The notes under the pieces are model-generated. The model saw nothing but the letters and a program-made list of their open reading frames with translations, searched no databases and was not told the origin of the DNA. Shown piece after piece: positions 30,834 to 41,230 of a DNA stretch of 64,000 nucleotides. Position 1 is the first letter of the stretch. The number at the start of each line of letters is the position of its first letter. The position numbers and the translations under genes were made by a program. This DNA is from Candidatus Zixiibacteriota bacterium (GTDB taxonomy: Bacteria > Zixibacteria > MSB-5A5 > GN15 > JAAZOE01): contig DAOUTW010000012.1 of assembly GCA_030668485.1 (NCBI GenBank), forward strand, positions 12,834 to 76,833. The letters run 5' to 3'.

Positions 30834-33022
30834 TGAATAATTCGATTAATCTCAGTGAGCGGAGCCTTGCCGCCAATGTAGGCGAACTATCCCGGGAAGT
30901 GGTTCATGATTTTTTCGTCGTCAGTCGTAAAGCGGGAATATATACGGTCCAGCATCCGATGGTCAAAAAAGCAGTCTCAAAACCGTTTCTTAGCATGCAA
31001 AAGATTTTCAAATTTAAAAAATATTTTTGTCTGGTCCTAAATGAATCGGAACTATTTGCCAACAATATCATTGTGAAAGACATCGGCGTCAGCGACTATA
31101 TAAAGGAAAAAATGAACGAGTTGGAGATAAGCTCGATTCTTATCGAAGATAATTTGACCGCCTCCGACTTGGAAATATTTATCGAACGATTTGTGAAGAA
31201 ACTGGCAACTTCGAGCACCGATTACTTTATGGACCGATACCTCGAAAATCACAAAGTTTATTCGATTCAGGCCAACAGCAAGCTGGCTGAAAAACTTTTT
31301 CGCACCGGCCTGCGTTATCGCAACGATATCGGGGAAGATCATACGGTACGCCGAATGGTTGCCAATTATTTCTCCGGCGATACCCAACTGGCCGTCGATA
31401 TCCTCAGCTCTCGTTTTGAGTCAACCACCGATCAGGCTGCTGCCACTGGAATCGATTATAACCGGGAACTGGTAAAGCATATCCTACCGGAAAAATTCGC
31501 TCAACTTCCTCCCTCCGAATTGCTCGACATGGCCGAGCAGATTCTCTCCCATTCGCCTGGGATCGATGGCAATGCGCCCGAAAGGCTGGAGGGTCTGGTG
31601 AAATCATGCGATTATCATCCCAAAAGGGACGAAATACTGGACCGGATAAGAGAGAAGTTTATTGAGCGAGGCATTGATGAAAACTTGTTCGCCCAATCGT
31701 TGTCCCAAGTCGGGTCTCTGAAACTCGAGGCGGCGCACGCCGTGGATAATATTTATCACCGGATTTTCTCGGATGATTTTGAATCGACGTTGTATTCCGA
31801 ATTCCATGACAATTTCATCCGCTTAGTCCGCACCCGCCAGATGGGCAAGGCTGCCAGTATGGCCGAAATGGTGATCGAACAACTGGCCTCGGATACCACT
31901 CTTTACCGCCAGCATGCCATATATCTGCTGGAGGATATTATCAAGTCCGGCCTGTCGGTCGGCGAGTACGATTTTCTTGATGTTATTATCCGTCATATGC
32001 AGACTCTTTTCACCCAGGGGAGAGAGACTTTTGAATTTTCACAAATTGTCTCCTTTCTCCTGAAATCGATGCTTTCGCTACGACGTTATGAACCGGTCGC
32101 CGCCTTTCTGGGGATTCTCATGGCGAGTCGACGCGTCGATAACGGAACGACTGTTTATGACTCCATTACGGTTAAAAGAATATTCGATGATCTCAACAAT
32201 GATGAACTGATCGACCGTTTGATATGCGAATTGGAACAACAGGGGAGCACTCAAATAAAGCCGGTGCGAGATATTCTGGCGGCCATTCAAACCGATGAAG
32301 TCGCCATGAAACTGGCAGGTATAGTGACTCACTCATCCCGGGCAGTAAGACAGCACAGCATGAAGGTACTTTCCGAACTGGGGTGGCCGGCGGTGAAAAT
32401 ATTTTCGGATATTCTCTGCGACGAATCAAATTTCTTCCGGAATGAAGGTCGCCACGAACTACCCGACAAGCAATGGTTTCTGGTTCGCAATGCCATTTTT
32501 GTCATGGGTAACTTGGGCCTTCCCGAGGCCTGCAACGCCATGAGGTTGCGCTTGGCCGATCCCGATGTCCGCGTCCGGCGTGAACTCGTTTCTGCTCTGG
32601 AAAAGATCGGCGGAGACGAAGCGCTTGATCTGCTCATGATCCTGGCCGATGATAATGACAATGGAATCCGTGAAGCGGCCATTATTGCATCGGGATTATT
32701 CAAGCGGCAGGAATTGGCGCGGTTCTTTATCGATCTTCTCCATCGCCACAAAAGCGAAGTTTCGCGAATTATAACTGCCATCGCTCTGACCGGCTCGCCG
32801 GAGGGTAGCCAATTCCTAAAGGAACTGTTGAATGATAAAGATCGGCTTAAGTCACTATCTTCAGGCAAAGCCTCAATCAAGGCTATTTACAATCAGATCG
32901 AATCGGCCATGAAAAAAGATGAAGAAAAACTTGGCGGAGAAGTAATAACACCTCCTGCCAAAAAATCGGCATTGAGTAAAACTGCCAGGGTTTTCCTTAA
33001 TAAATTTCAACCCGGAAAATAA
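30833..33022 (+). CDS. HEAT-repeat protein
   Basis: WFLVRNAIFVMG, DPDVRVRRELVSALEKIGG repeats. Confidence 0.7.
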   Translation: MNNSINLSERSLAANVGELSREVVHDFFVVSRKAGIYTVQHPMVKKAVSKPFLSMQKIFKFKKYFCLVLNESELFANNIIVKDIGVSDYIKEKMNELEISSILIEDNLTASDLEIFIERFVKKLATSSTDYFMDRYLENHKVYSIQANSKLAEKLFRTGLRYRNDIGEDHTVRRMVANYFSGDTQLAVDILSSRFESTTDQAAATGIDYNRELVKHILPEKFAQLPPSELLDMAEQILSHSPGIDGNAPERLEGLVKSCDYHPKRDEILDRIREKFIERGIDENLFAQSLSQVGSLKLEAAHAVDNIYHRIFSDDFESTLYSEFHDNFIRLVRTRQMGKAASMAEMVIEQLASDTTLYRQHAIYLLEDIIKSGLSVGEYDFLDVIIRHMQTLFTQGRETFEFSQIVSFLLKSMLSLRRYEPVAAFLGILMASRRVDNGTTVYDSITVKRIFDDLNNDELIDRLICELEQQGSTQIKPVRDILAAIQTDEVAMKLAGIVTHSSRAVRQHSMKVLSELGWPAVKIFSDILCDESNFFRNEGRHELPDKQWFLVRNAIFVMGNLGLPEACNAMRLRLADPDVRVRRELVSALEKIGGDEALDLLMILADDNDNGIREAAIIASGLFKRQELARFFIDLLHRHKSEVSRIITAIALTGSPEGSQFLKELLNDKDRLKSLSSGKASIKAIYNQIESAMKKDEEKLGGEVITPPAKKSALSKTARVFLNKFQPGK

Positions 33023-33154
33023 CTGTCATTTTGTCATAGCTGGCAGACATTAACCGCCGTTATGGCGGTTGATTGCTGTCGATATGGCATAAGGTCTCAC
33101 CGAAAAAGATTCACTGCAATTATATGTCGTTGTACTATAATGTGTTACGGATTT

Positions 33155-33170
33155 CGGCACACCATTTGTT
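33155..33170 (+). promoter_or_regulatory. Possible sigma-54 promoter of the hsp20-dnaK cluster
   Basis: CGGCACA-CCAT-TTGTT (imperfect -12). Confidence 0.45.
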
Positions 33171-33219
33171 TATACTTCTGACAGATATGGAAATGAAAAA
33201 CAAAAAAGGAGATAGACAA

Positions 33220-33639
33220 ATGAGACTCGTTTCATATGACAAACTTTTTGATATGCTGGGACCAAACTGCTAATTTGACAGCAGCGTAAGGCGGCATTTC
33301 CGCAACGGAAGCAATTTCCCGGTGCGTATGGATCTGATCAAAGAAGAAGATTCTTTCAAGATTCTGGCCGAATTGCCCGGCATGGAAAAAGACAAAATCA
33401 AAATCATGGTCGAGGAAGGTCTCCTGACCATCAGCGGCGAGCGAGCCCGCAAGAATGACAATGAGAATGAAGTGGTGCAGTCCGAGAGATTCTACGGCAA
33501 CTTCACCCGTTCTTTCAAATTACCTGAAACAATCGAAAAATCCGGGATATCAGCCGACTATAACAACGGTTTGCTTGAGGTAAAACTTCCTCTCAAGGCG
33601 GAAGAGAAGCCGAAACAGGTCGAAGTCAAGGTAAGCTAA
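33220..33639 (+). pseudogene. Hsp20 small heat-shock protein with in-frame TAA at 33271-33273
   Basis: AAGGAG RBS and ATG 33220 (MRLVSYDKLFD) are in frame with the alpha-crystallin domain (AELPGMEK, LTISGER, ERFYGNFTRSF, NGLLEV). Confidence 0.7.
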
Positions 33640-33715
33640 AACTCGCTTTACCATATAGTCAATAGGGACTCCGGCACAAAACGCCGGAGTTCTCAATTTC
33701 CCCGGGAGGAATAGT

Positions 33716-35641
33716 ATGAGCAAAAAAATTATCGGAATAGATCTGGGAACCACCAACTCCTGCCTCGCCGTTATCGAGGGTCAGGAAGCGAAGGTGATCA
33801 ATAACCCGGAAGGCGGGCGCACCACCCCATCGGTTGTCGCCGTAGATAAAAACGGTGAACGGATGGTCGGCGCCGTAGCCAAACGCCAGGCGGTCACCAA
33901 TCCGGAAAATACCGTCTTCTCAATCAAGCGTTTCATGGGTCGCGTTTTTGACGAGGTGACCGAGGAGATCAAGAATTTCCCATATAAGGTCGTCCGCAAT
34001 GGTAACGGCGAAGCCAAAGTTTTGATGACCGGCAAAGAATATGCCCCGCCGGAAATATCGGCCATGATCCTGTCGTATTTGAAAAAAGCGGCTGAAGATT
34101 ATCTGGGTCATGAAGTAACCGAGGCGGTTATCACCGTTCCCGCATACTTCAACGATCGCCAGCGTCAGGCAACCAAAGATGCCGGAAGGATCGCCGGCCT
34201 GGAAGTAAAACGGATTATCAACGAGCCAACCGCGGCCGCACTGGCTTATGGTCTTGACAAAAAGAAGTCAGGCAAAATCGCCATTTACGATCTCGGTGGT
34301 GGTACTTTCGATATCTCCATTCTGGAGCTGTCCGAAGGCGTCTTCGAGGTGCTTTCCACCAACGGGGATACTCATCTCGGTGGTGATGATTTCGACAAAA
34401 GGATTATCGACTGGCTCGTGGATGAATTCCGCAAAAGCGACGGTATCGACCTGTCCAAAGATCCGATGGCGCTGCAACGCCTGAAAGAGGCGGCCGAGAA
34501 GGCCAAAATTGAACTCTCCTCGACTCTGGAAACCGCCATCAACTTGCCGTTTGTTACCGCCGACTCCAGCGGCCCTCGGCATCTGAACCTGAACCTGACT
34601 CGCGCCAAATTCGAGCAACTCACCGATGATCTGGTCCAGCGGACTATCACCCCTGCGCGCAAAGCAATTGAGGATGCCAAGCTCAATTTCTCCGATATCG
34701 ATGATGTCGTTCTGGTCGGCGGTATGACCCGCATGCCCAAAGTGGTCGATACGATCAAGAAGCTTTTCGGAAGAGAGCCGAACAAGAGCGTCAATCCGGA
34801 TGAAGTCGTTGCCCTAGGCGCCGCGCTTCAGGGGGGGGTGTTGGCCGGTGATGTCAAAGAGATGCTCCTTCTCGATGTTATCCCGCTTTCACTCGGTATC
34901 GAAACTCTCGGTGGTGTCAACACCGTGATCATCGAACGTAACACGACTATCCCGAGTAAAAAGTCGCAAATCTTCTCGACTGCACAGGATAACCAGGGTA
35001 CGGTTGAAGTTCATGTACTCCAGGGTGAACGAAAGATGGCCCTCGACAATAAGACCATCGGCCGCTTCCACCTCGACGGAATACCTCCGGCCCCGCGCGG
35101 TATGCCGCAAATCGAAGTGACTTTCGATATCAATGCCGATGGTATCATGCAGGTTTTGGCTCAGGATAAGGCAACAGGAAAGCAGCAATCGGTGCGGATC
35201 GAGGCCTCATCCGGACTTTCCGAACAGGAAATCGAGAAGATGGTTAATGATTCCAATATCCACGAAGCCGAAGATAACGAAAAGCATCAAAAAGTCGAAG
35301 TTCGCAACCAGGCCGATCAGGCGGTCTTTACGGCCGAGAAGAACCTGAAGGACTTGGGCGACAAAATCGATGCTGATACTAAAGCCAAAATCGAGGCGGC
35401 GGTCGAGCGTGTCAAAACCGCTCTCAATGGTGAGAACACCGATGAGATCAAAGCGGCGGCCGATGACCTTAACACTGCCTGGCATGCCGCTGCGGAGCAA
35501 ATGTACCAGCAACAGGCGCAGCAGCAGGGAGCCGGGTCGCAACCGGGTCCTCAGCCGGATATGGGAAATCAGTCCGGAGGACCAGAGGCCGCAGGCAATG
35601 AAAGCGTCGAGGCCGACTTCGAAGTCGTTGACGAAGACTAA
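33716..35641 (+). CDS. dnaK: Chaperone DnaK
   Basis: [36 protein letters not shown]. Confidence 0.98.
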   Translation: MSKKIIGIDLGTTNSCLAVIEGQEAKVINNPEGGRTTPSVVAVDKNGERMVGAVAKRQAVTNPENTVFSIKRFMGRVFDEVTEEIKNFPYKVVRNGNGEAKVLMTGKEYAPPEISAMILSYLKKAAEDYLGHEVTEAVITVPAYFNDRQRQATKDAGRIAGLEVKRIINEPTAAALAYGLDKKKSGKIAIYDLGGGTFDISILELSEGVFEVLSTNGDTHLGGDDFDKRIIDWLVDEFRKSDGIDLSKDPMALQRLKEAAEKAKIELSSTLETAINLPFVTADSSGPRHLNLNLTRAKFEQLTDDLVQRTITPARKAIEDAKLNFSDIDDVVLVGGMTRMPKVVDTIKKLFGREPNKSVNPDEVVALGAALQGGVLAGDVKEMLLLDVIPLSLGIETLGGVNTVIIERNTTIPSKKSQIFSTAQDNQGTVEVHVLQGERKMALDNKTIGRFHLDGIPPAPRGMPQIEVTFDINADGIMQVLAQDKATGKQQSVRIEASSGLSEQEIEKMVNDSNIHEAEDNEKHQKVEVRNQADQAVFTAEKNLKDLGDKIDADTKAKIEAAVERVKTALNGENTDEIKAAADDLNTAWHAAAEQMYQQQAQQQGAGSQPGPQPDMGNQSGGPEAAGNESVEADFEVVDED

Positions 35642-35645
35642 AGCG

Positions 35646-35674
35646 AAGGGGCCTGAAAAAAGGCCCCTTTTTTT
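35646..35674 (+). terminator. Rho-independent terminator
   Basis: aaggggcct/aggcccctt stem plus T-run. Confidence 0.85.
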
Positions 35675-35723
35675 ATGATAGAGTTTGATTGACTATCTGA
35701 GGAGGCGGATATAGTTTGAGAGG

Positions 35724-36317
35724 ATGCCGAACGACCCGTTTAAAATACTCGGAATAAGCCGGGATGCCGAGCCGGATGATATCAGGCGCGCCTTCCGGCA
35801 AATGGCGAAAAAATATCATCCCGACATCACCGGCGGTCCCGATGAAAAATTCAGGCGTATTTTGCTGGCTTATCAGCAACTATCTGGGTTTAATCGGCAT
35901 CCCGATGGCGATGAAGATCAGTTCGATTATTACATGGATGTCGAAATTGATCGCGAACGAAACAAAATCCAGGATGTGTTTGATGATTTCCGCGACGGTA
36001 TCCTGACCTTTTTCGATATTGACGCCCCGGAATACCTGAACCTGTTCATCGGATTGACTCCGGCCGAGGCCGGGCGCGGCGGACGGCTGAAACTCGACCT
36101 GCCGCTGGTCAGAAAATGCCGTTCATGTTATGGTTTCGGTAAACCATTTTTCATGATCTGCCGTACCTGTGGCGGAAGCGGCGAGGAAGAGTATAAGAAA
36201 GGGACGATTATCGACATCCCGGCCGGCATCGATGATGAATGGCAAATCAGGACGCGGGTCGACAATCTATATTTGACAGTTGTCCTTAAAATAGAAGATA
36301 AGGGAAGTGATAAATAG
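35724..36317 (+). CDS. Short J-domain protein with half zinc finger
   Basis: DPFKILG...YHPD, CRSCYGFG, CRTCGGSG. Confidence 0.8.
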   Translation: MPNDPFKILGISRDAEPDDIRRAFRQMAKKYHPDITGGPDEKFRRILLAYQQLSGFNRHPDGDEDQFDYYMDVEIDRERNKIQDVFDDFRDGILTFFDIDAPEYLNLFIGLTPAEAGRGGRLKLDLPLVRKCRSCYGFGKPFFMICRTCGGSGEEEYKKGTIIDIPAGIDDEWQIRTRVDNLYLTVVLKIEDKGSDK

Positions 36318-37454
36318 ATGGCCAGGGATTACTACAAAATTCTTGGTGTGGATGAGAAAGCCGCCAAAGACGACATCAAAAAGAAATATCGTCAACTGGC
36401 AAAAAAGTATCATCCCGACCGCAATAACGGCAGCAAGGAAGCTGAGGAGAAATTTAAGGAAATTTCCGCGGCCTACGATGTCCTCGGTGATGACCAGAAA
36501 CGGCAGCAGTATGATACCATGCGCCGTTTCGGCGGCATGGATGGAGGACATCCGGGTGCGGGGGGGGGCCCCGGCGGCGGCCGGTTTTATACCAATGGTG
36601 ATTTCTCCCAGGCCTTCGGCAGCCAGTTCAATATGAATGACCTCTCCGGCATGGGCGGTCTGGGCGATATTTTCAGCGCCATGTTCGGCGATAATATGCG
36701 TGCCCGTCAGCGCAGACCCTTCCGGCAACGGCCTCGGGGGCCGATCCGGGGGCGAGACATCCATGCCAAGATACCGATTACGGTTGAGCAGTCGGTCGAT
36801 GGAGTCAAAAAGAAAATCAGGCTGGGCGTTCCCGAAACCTGCGCTGAGTGCAAGGGAGCAGGTCATGTTACCGGGGGAGAGCAGAAGATGTGCCCGCGCT
36901 GTCATGGCACCGGTAAGGTGACTCATGCCCAGGGCGGTTTCTCCATCTCGCGGCCATGCCCTTCATGTCTTGGGCGTGGTGTCACGATGGGACAGGACTG
37001 CCGGTCATGCAAAGGTATGGGCACGGTCAAACGAAAAAAACTGATCACAATCAAAATCCCGGCCGGCATAAACGATGGTGGCACCATCAAATTGCGCGGG
37101 CTGGGATATCCCGGCAAAAACGGCGGCGGTAAAGGCGATCTTATCATAAGGGTGAAAATCATGAGCGATCAGAAATATAAACGCGAAGGCAACGACATAA
37201 ATACGCGTGTCGATATTACTTTCCCACAAGCGGCCCTCGGCGTCAAAGTCCAGGTGCAGTCGTTGTCGAAAAAGATCATGGTAACGATCAAACCGGGTAC
37301 CCAACCGGGAACGGTCTTGAAACTAAAAGGCCTCGGCCTCGCCATCGACGACAACACCGGCGACCTGTTCGTAACGGTCAACGTCACCGTCCCGACAGAC
37401 TTAACCGACCGCCAGAAAGAACTACTGGAAGAATTCGACAAAGCCGCGGCATAA
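36318..37454 (+). CDS. dnaJ: Chaperone DnaJ
   Basis: J domain HPD, G/F region, four CxxCxGxG motifs, C-terminal domain. Confidence 0.95.
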   Translation: MARDYYKILGVDEKAAKDDIKKKYRQLAKKYHPDRNNGSKEAEEKFKEISAAYDVLGDDQKRQQYDTMRRFGGMDGGHPGAGGGPGGGRFYTNGDFSQAFGSQFNMNDLSGMGGLGDIFSAMFGDNMRARQRRPFRQRPRGPIRGRDIHAKIPITVEQSVDGVKKKIRLGVPETCAECKGAGHVTGGEQKMCPRCHGTGKVTHAQGGFSISRPCPSCLGRGVTMGQDCRSCKGMGTVKRKKLITIKIPAGINDGGTIKLRGLGYPGKNGGGKGDLIIRVKIMSDQKYKREGNDINTRVDITFPQAALGVKVQVQSLSKKIMVTIKPGTQPGTVLKLKGLGLAIDDNTGDLFVTVNVTVPTDLTDRQKELLEEFDKAAA

Positions 37455-37480
37455 ATAAATTTGCTGCCCCAATAACTTCA

Positions 37481-37510
37481 TGTGGGCGGCAGACGCCCTC
37501 GTCTGCCCCA
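37481..37510. repeat. REP-like palindrome
   Basis: GTGGGC-GGCAGACG-ccct-CGTCTGCC. Related sequence at 42690-42726. Confidence 0.5.
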
Positions 37511-37620
37511 GCTCGGGTGGCCCGCCATTTATTCCCGTTACGGCAGGTCTTTATCCGCCCATGCAGATTGTCACCCGCCGCCATCAGTAACGCCTCAGGC
37601 AATACGGCAATAAATACCGC

Positions 37621-37649
37621 TTGACACTTATCACAATACTTGATAGATT
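37621..37649 (+). promoter_or_regulatory. Sigma-70 promoter
   Basis: TTGACA-N17-TAGATT. Confidence 0.55.
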
Positions 37650-37839
37650 AAATATAGTTAATGGCATGTTGGCATAAACAACTCAGGCATTTCAAAAATT
37701 ACTAGAGCATAAGTGTCGACTGTTGGTATCTGCTCTGGGAGGGTAGTAAATCGGCTGAATTTAATTCTACTTTTCAATCTTGAATTTAAAAAAAGAGTAG
37801 TTCGGAATTGTTCCGGATTGCCAAACACGGGAGGGTTTT

Positions 37840-38739
37840 ATGAGGATGTACAAGTTATCAATTACGTTTGCTCTAATCGGTATTCTTATTGCCTTATTGA
37901 TGGGGTGTGACAGGACTGAATCGCCCGCCTCACCATCAAAGGTGGTTTACACCGGGAGTTCGGAAAAGGGAATAGGCCCGCCCATTATCCCAATGCCGAT
38001 ATTTACAACCTACTTGCCCAACACGGCAATGATTCAGGTCTGGGAGGCCGACTATATCGGCGGCAAGATGGTGATGGAGCTTGACTATCTTCAGGCTCAT
38101 GAAGAGCAGGAATCGGGTGACATGATAATGAAGGTCACTCCGGATTTTTGTAGTGTTGAGCTATGCAATACTGCTGGAGTTCCATTCTATTCTTATACCA
38201 TTACAGAAGATGGGGGCGTCAATACAACTACAATCTGGTATCAGGATGGAGATTATAGTTATACCTATATTGCAGAAAGTGATGGTTCGTATCATCAGGA
38301 AGCGTCGGCTGGTGCAACCTCCGATTATATCGAATTCGCCAGCTATGAGGAAATGGAATTGGCCTATTCTCTGTATTTGGACATCATCGTTGAGGGGAAT
38401 GGAAATCAATCGAGCCTGCCTCCGTATGAGGCACAGTTGTTAATCGACCTCGTAGCCTGGGTGGATTATCTGGATTCTATTGGAGAGCCGGACTTCACGG
38501 TGGCAATCGAAACCGGCTTACTGCTGTTAGAGGACGAAACCTATTTAGCCTTTCTGGATAACAATTTTGGCGATCAAATCGAGCCATTTAGGGGTATGTT
38601 CTGCGACTTCTACCGCGGCATTGATGATATATGTCGTGCAGTAATACGTGCTGGTGAAATAGGGCAGCTAGATCTTGATGACATATATACATGTACTGCG
38701 GCTGGTATTGGAACGATATTATGTAGCCTTTGGCCCTAA
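37840..38739 (+). CDS. Hypothetical acidic lipoprotein with Cys-rich C-terminus
   Basis: GGAGG RBS, lipobox LLMGC, four Cys in the last 45 aa. Confidence 0.65.
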   Translation: MRMYKLSITFALIGILIALLMGCDRTESPASPSKVVYTGSSEKGIGPPIIPMPIFTTYLPNTAMIQVWEADYIGGKMVMELDYLQAHEEQESGDMIMKVTPDFCSVELCNTAGVPFYSYTITEDGGVNTTTIWYQDGDYSYTYIAESDGSYHQEASAGATSDYIEFASYEEMELAYSLYLDIIVEGNGNQSSLPPYEAQLLIDLVAWVDYLDSIGEPDFTVAIETGLLLLEDETYLAFLDNNFGDQIEPFRGMFCDFYRGIDDICRAVIRAGEIGQLDLDDIYTCTAAGIGTILCSLWP

Positions 38740-38761
38740 CCATAGTAATTACTGACTGGTG

Positions 38762-38798
38762 ACCCATCCGCCATTTGTTTGCCGAATGGCGGGTGGGT
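38762..38798. terminator. Stem-loop after lipoprotein gene
   Basis: acccatccgccatt / aatggcgggtgggt. Confidence 0.5.
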
Positions 38799-39091
38799 TC
38801 CCGCTTTCCCCAATATTTACACGGTGCCATCTACTTAGCCAACTGAGCCTGTAGCCCGGGAGCCCTGCCGAAGGTCCTGAGCTAATGCGAAGGGTGCTCC
38901 CGGGAATCGTAAGGTGGGGTACAAAGTATTTTGAGTGGCAGTCCAAAAAGTGATTGCGCAGTTATAAATACCGCGTATTATACACTATTCGTTGATGTTC
39001 AGCATCATGGGGTAATTTCGAGTTCGAGGGTAGTCTATTTAAAATTGGATAAATATCAGAGGTGAATGCAATATTAACATAGGGGTGACTC

Positions 39092-41230
39092 GTGGCCAAA
39101 GAAGGCAAAGCAAAAAAATACAAAATAATCACTGACTTTGGCGATTCTGAAGTAAGGGCAAAGTCGAAAGATAACCTACCTAAATATTTTCGCGAATGGT
39201 CATCTGTTAGTCTAATACCGCCATTGAGACAGAAAAAATGGAATCAGTCCATTCGCCGAGTAAATGTGTTAGGCTATCCGCCATTGGACATTTATTCAGA
39301 ATGGCTAATGGATTTTGCTTCAATAAGCGCCTGTCAATTGGACAGGACTGACTGGGAAAACTTTAGGCGAAGTATACTGATTCACCTTCCCAAATGCCCA
39401 CTATACTGCTGGTATTGCTTCAATGATGCGTGGCCTACAAAAAAGGAAGCGAAGGCTGAAGATGATATACAGTGTGATAAAATAGTCAGGGCTGAGGAAA
39501 TCACCGTTTCAAAGCTTCTAGTCGAGTTCAAGAAACTCCATAATGAAAGCCATGATTTCGAAGGGAGGCAGTACAATCTGTTGCGAATTTCAGGTGGTGA
39601 ACCATTCACGGAACCTGAATTCATTGAGGAACTCGCACGGGGATTTGGAGAAATATTTGAAAAGACAGAAGCATTTCTTTGGGTAGATACGAATCTAATA
39701 CCTTTCACAAAAGGTATAAAGCCCGAACATGAGAAAGCGATTGACGCCATAAAATCATTAGGGAATCAGGCCGCAATTCATTGCTGCCTTCACGGGGGCG
39801 ATAACGAATCATACGAGCAAAATACGCTTGCCAAGGTCGACATAAAGGGAATCTATAAAGCGATAGAAGGAATTTTTAAGAAAAACGTCAATCTTTATCC
39901 CAGGATCAACCCCATTGGTCTGACTCCATCACTTGCCAAAGATATCTTTAAAAGTCTGAGCAAGATTGACGAATCTTTGCCCGCAAAGACGTATTTGGGT
40001 CCGGTGGAAATCCATTATGACGCGGCAATAGATCGTATGCTATTATTCCATGGCAAGAATCCTAAATGTAATCCGAGGACCAAGCCCTCTCCAAAGGTGA
40101 ACACTAATCCTCCTGCTTACCACCCACCAAATGCGGTGATCTACGAATGGAATAGGTTAATGAAGCGAGCCTATGGATTCGGTTACGCTGTTGTCCCCCG
40201 CCATCTGGATGTAAAATTCATTGATAAAAATTGGATTGAAAAAGTTGATGTAACCGGATGCAAACAAAAGTGGGAAGAAATATTTATTGTCACGAAAGGG
40301 TGGCGTAAAGAGGTGTATGCACGAAAGCTGCTCGAGTTATTGGCCTTGCCAACTGGGGCAAAAATTGAAATAGAATATGAGAATAGGTGGGTCGATCCAA
40401 CCCTCCTTGCCCACATCTACGCAGCCCCCGATTATTATCAAGATAGAAAATTCAATATTTTATTCGTCGCTTCATTTCAAGATGAATATCGCCTTCCACC
40501 AGTAATGCCATTGCGATGGGGAACTTTGCGCAAAGTTCGCACGGAGCATCTTTCCGAAGATCAGTCAGTTCTATTCGAGGCAACTGTTGATGAATATGCC
40601 GTCAATTTCGAGAAATGCATTGGGGCGTCAAAAGAATTGGATGTGGCCGAGAAACTGGCGGAATATATTGGATTGAATAATCTGCCGTATCCCAATCCCA
40701 TTGGGAATTTCTGCCAATTAATTGGAGTTGAGTTAAAACAGGACATAAAAAATGGCCAGCCCCAAGGATCGTTCAAAGCTACGGTTGTAAATGTGAGCAA
40801 TAAAACTCGCAACAAAAATTACGCCAAGTCGCTGAAAGACATATACTACCGCATAAAAAGTATTTCCTGTGCAAACCCGACCGCGGGAAAGGATAAAGAA
40901 GTTCCTCTAAGTGATAGTGGTGATTTAGAGTTGCACGAAAATGACGAAATTGCCATTGAAATTGAGTCCTGTAATCCACACTTCGGGGATATTGGCTATC
41001 CAGACGTTCATGAGGCACAACTTCAAATTCTGTCAAGTCCGCCTGACAAAATTCAAATATCCCCGGAACGAATAGCTTTATCCAAATATGGAAGCAATAC
41101 GATTAGGATAAAATTCCCCAGAGAAGGCTATTTCGAAGGTGAGATTATCGTGCGTCCGGAATCTACTGAAATCCGTCTCGCTGAGATTAGTATTCCCTTC
41201 AAGGTAAATGTGGAGAAAAATGATGAGTGA
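39092..41230 (+). CDS. Radical SAM protein fused to an uncharacterised C-terminal region
   Basis: HLPKCPLYCWYCF (CX3CX2C at 39395-39418), LRISGGEPF, WVDTN, CCLHG. About 320 extra C-terminal residues. Confidence 0.8.
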   Translation: MAKEGKAKKYKIITDFGDSEVRAKSKDNLPKYFREWSSVSLIPPLRQKKWNQSIRRVNVLGYPPLDIYSEWLMDFASISACQLDRTDWENFRRSILIHLPKCPLYCWYCFNDAWPTKKEAKAEDDIQCDKIVRAEEITVSKLLVEFKKLHNESHDFEGRQYNLLRISGGEPFTEPEFIEELARGFGEIFEKTEAFLWVDTNLIPFTKGIKPEHEKAIDAIKSLGNQAAIHCCLHGGDNESYEQNTLAKVDIKGIYKAIEGIFKKNVNLYPRINPIGLTPSLAKDIFKSLSKIDESLPAKTYLGPVEIHYDAAIDRMLLFHGKNPKCNPRTKPSPKVNTNPPAYHPPNAVIYEWNRLMKRAYGFGYAVVPRHLDVKFIDKNWIEKVDVTGCKQKWEEIFIVTKGWRKEVYARKLLELLALPTGAKIEIEYENRWVDPTLLAHIYAAPDYYQDRKFNILFVASFQDEYRLPPVMPLRWGTLRKVRTEHLSEDQSVLFEATVDEYAVNFEKCIGASKELDVAEKLAEYIGLNNLPYPNPIGNFCQLIGVELKQDIKNGQPQGSFKATVVNVSNKTRNKNYAKSLKDIYYRIKSISCANPTAGKDKEVPLSDSGDLELHENDEIAIEIESCNPHFGDIGYPDVHEAQLQILSSPPDKIQISPERIALSKYGSNTIRIKFPREGYFEGEIIVRPESTEIRLAEISIPFKVNVEKNDE

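Noticed and set aside
39092-41230. Direct call as a prokaryotic viperin
   Set aside because: Only generic radical SAM motifs are shared. The viperin N-x-H-x4-CN spacing and C-terminal motifs are not evident, and the protein is much longer.
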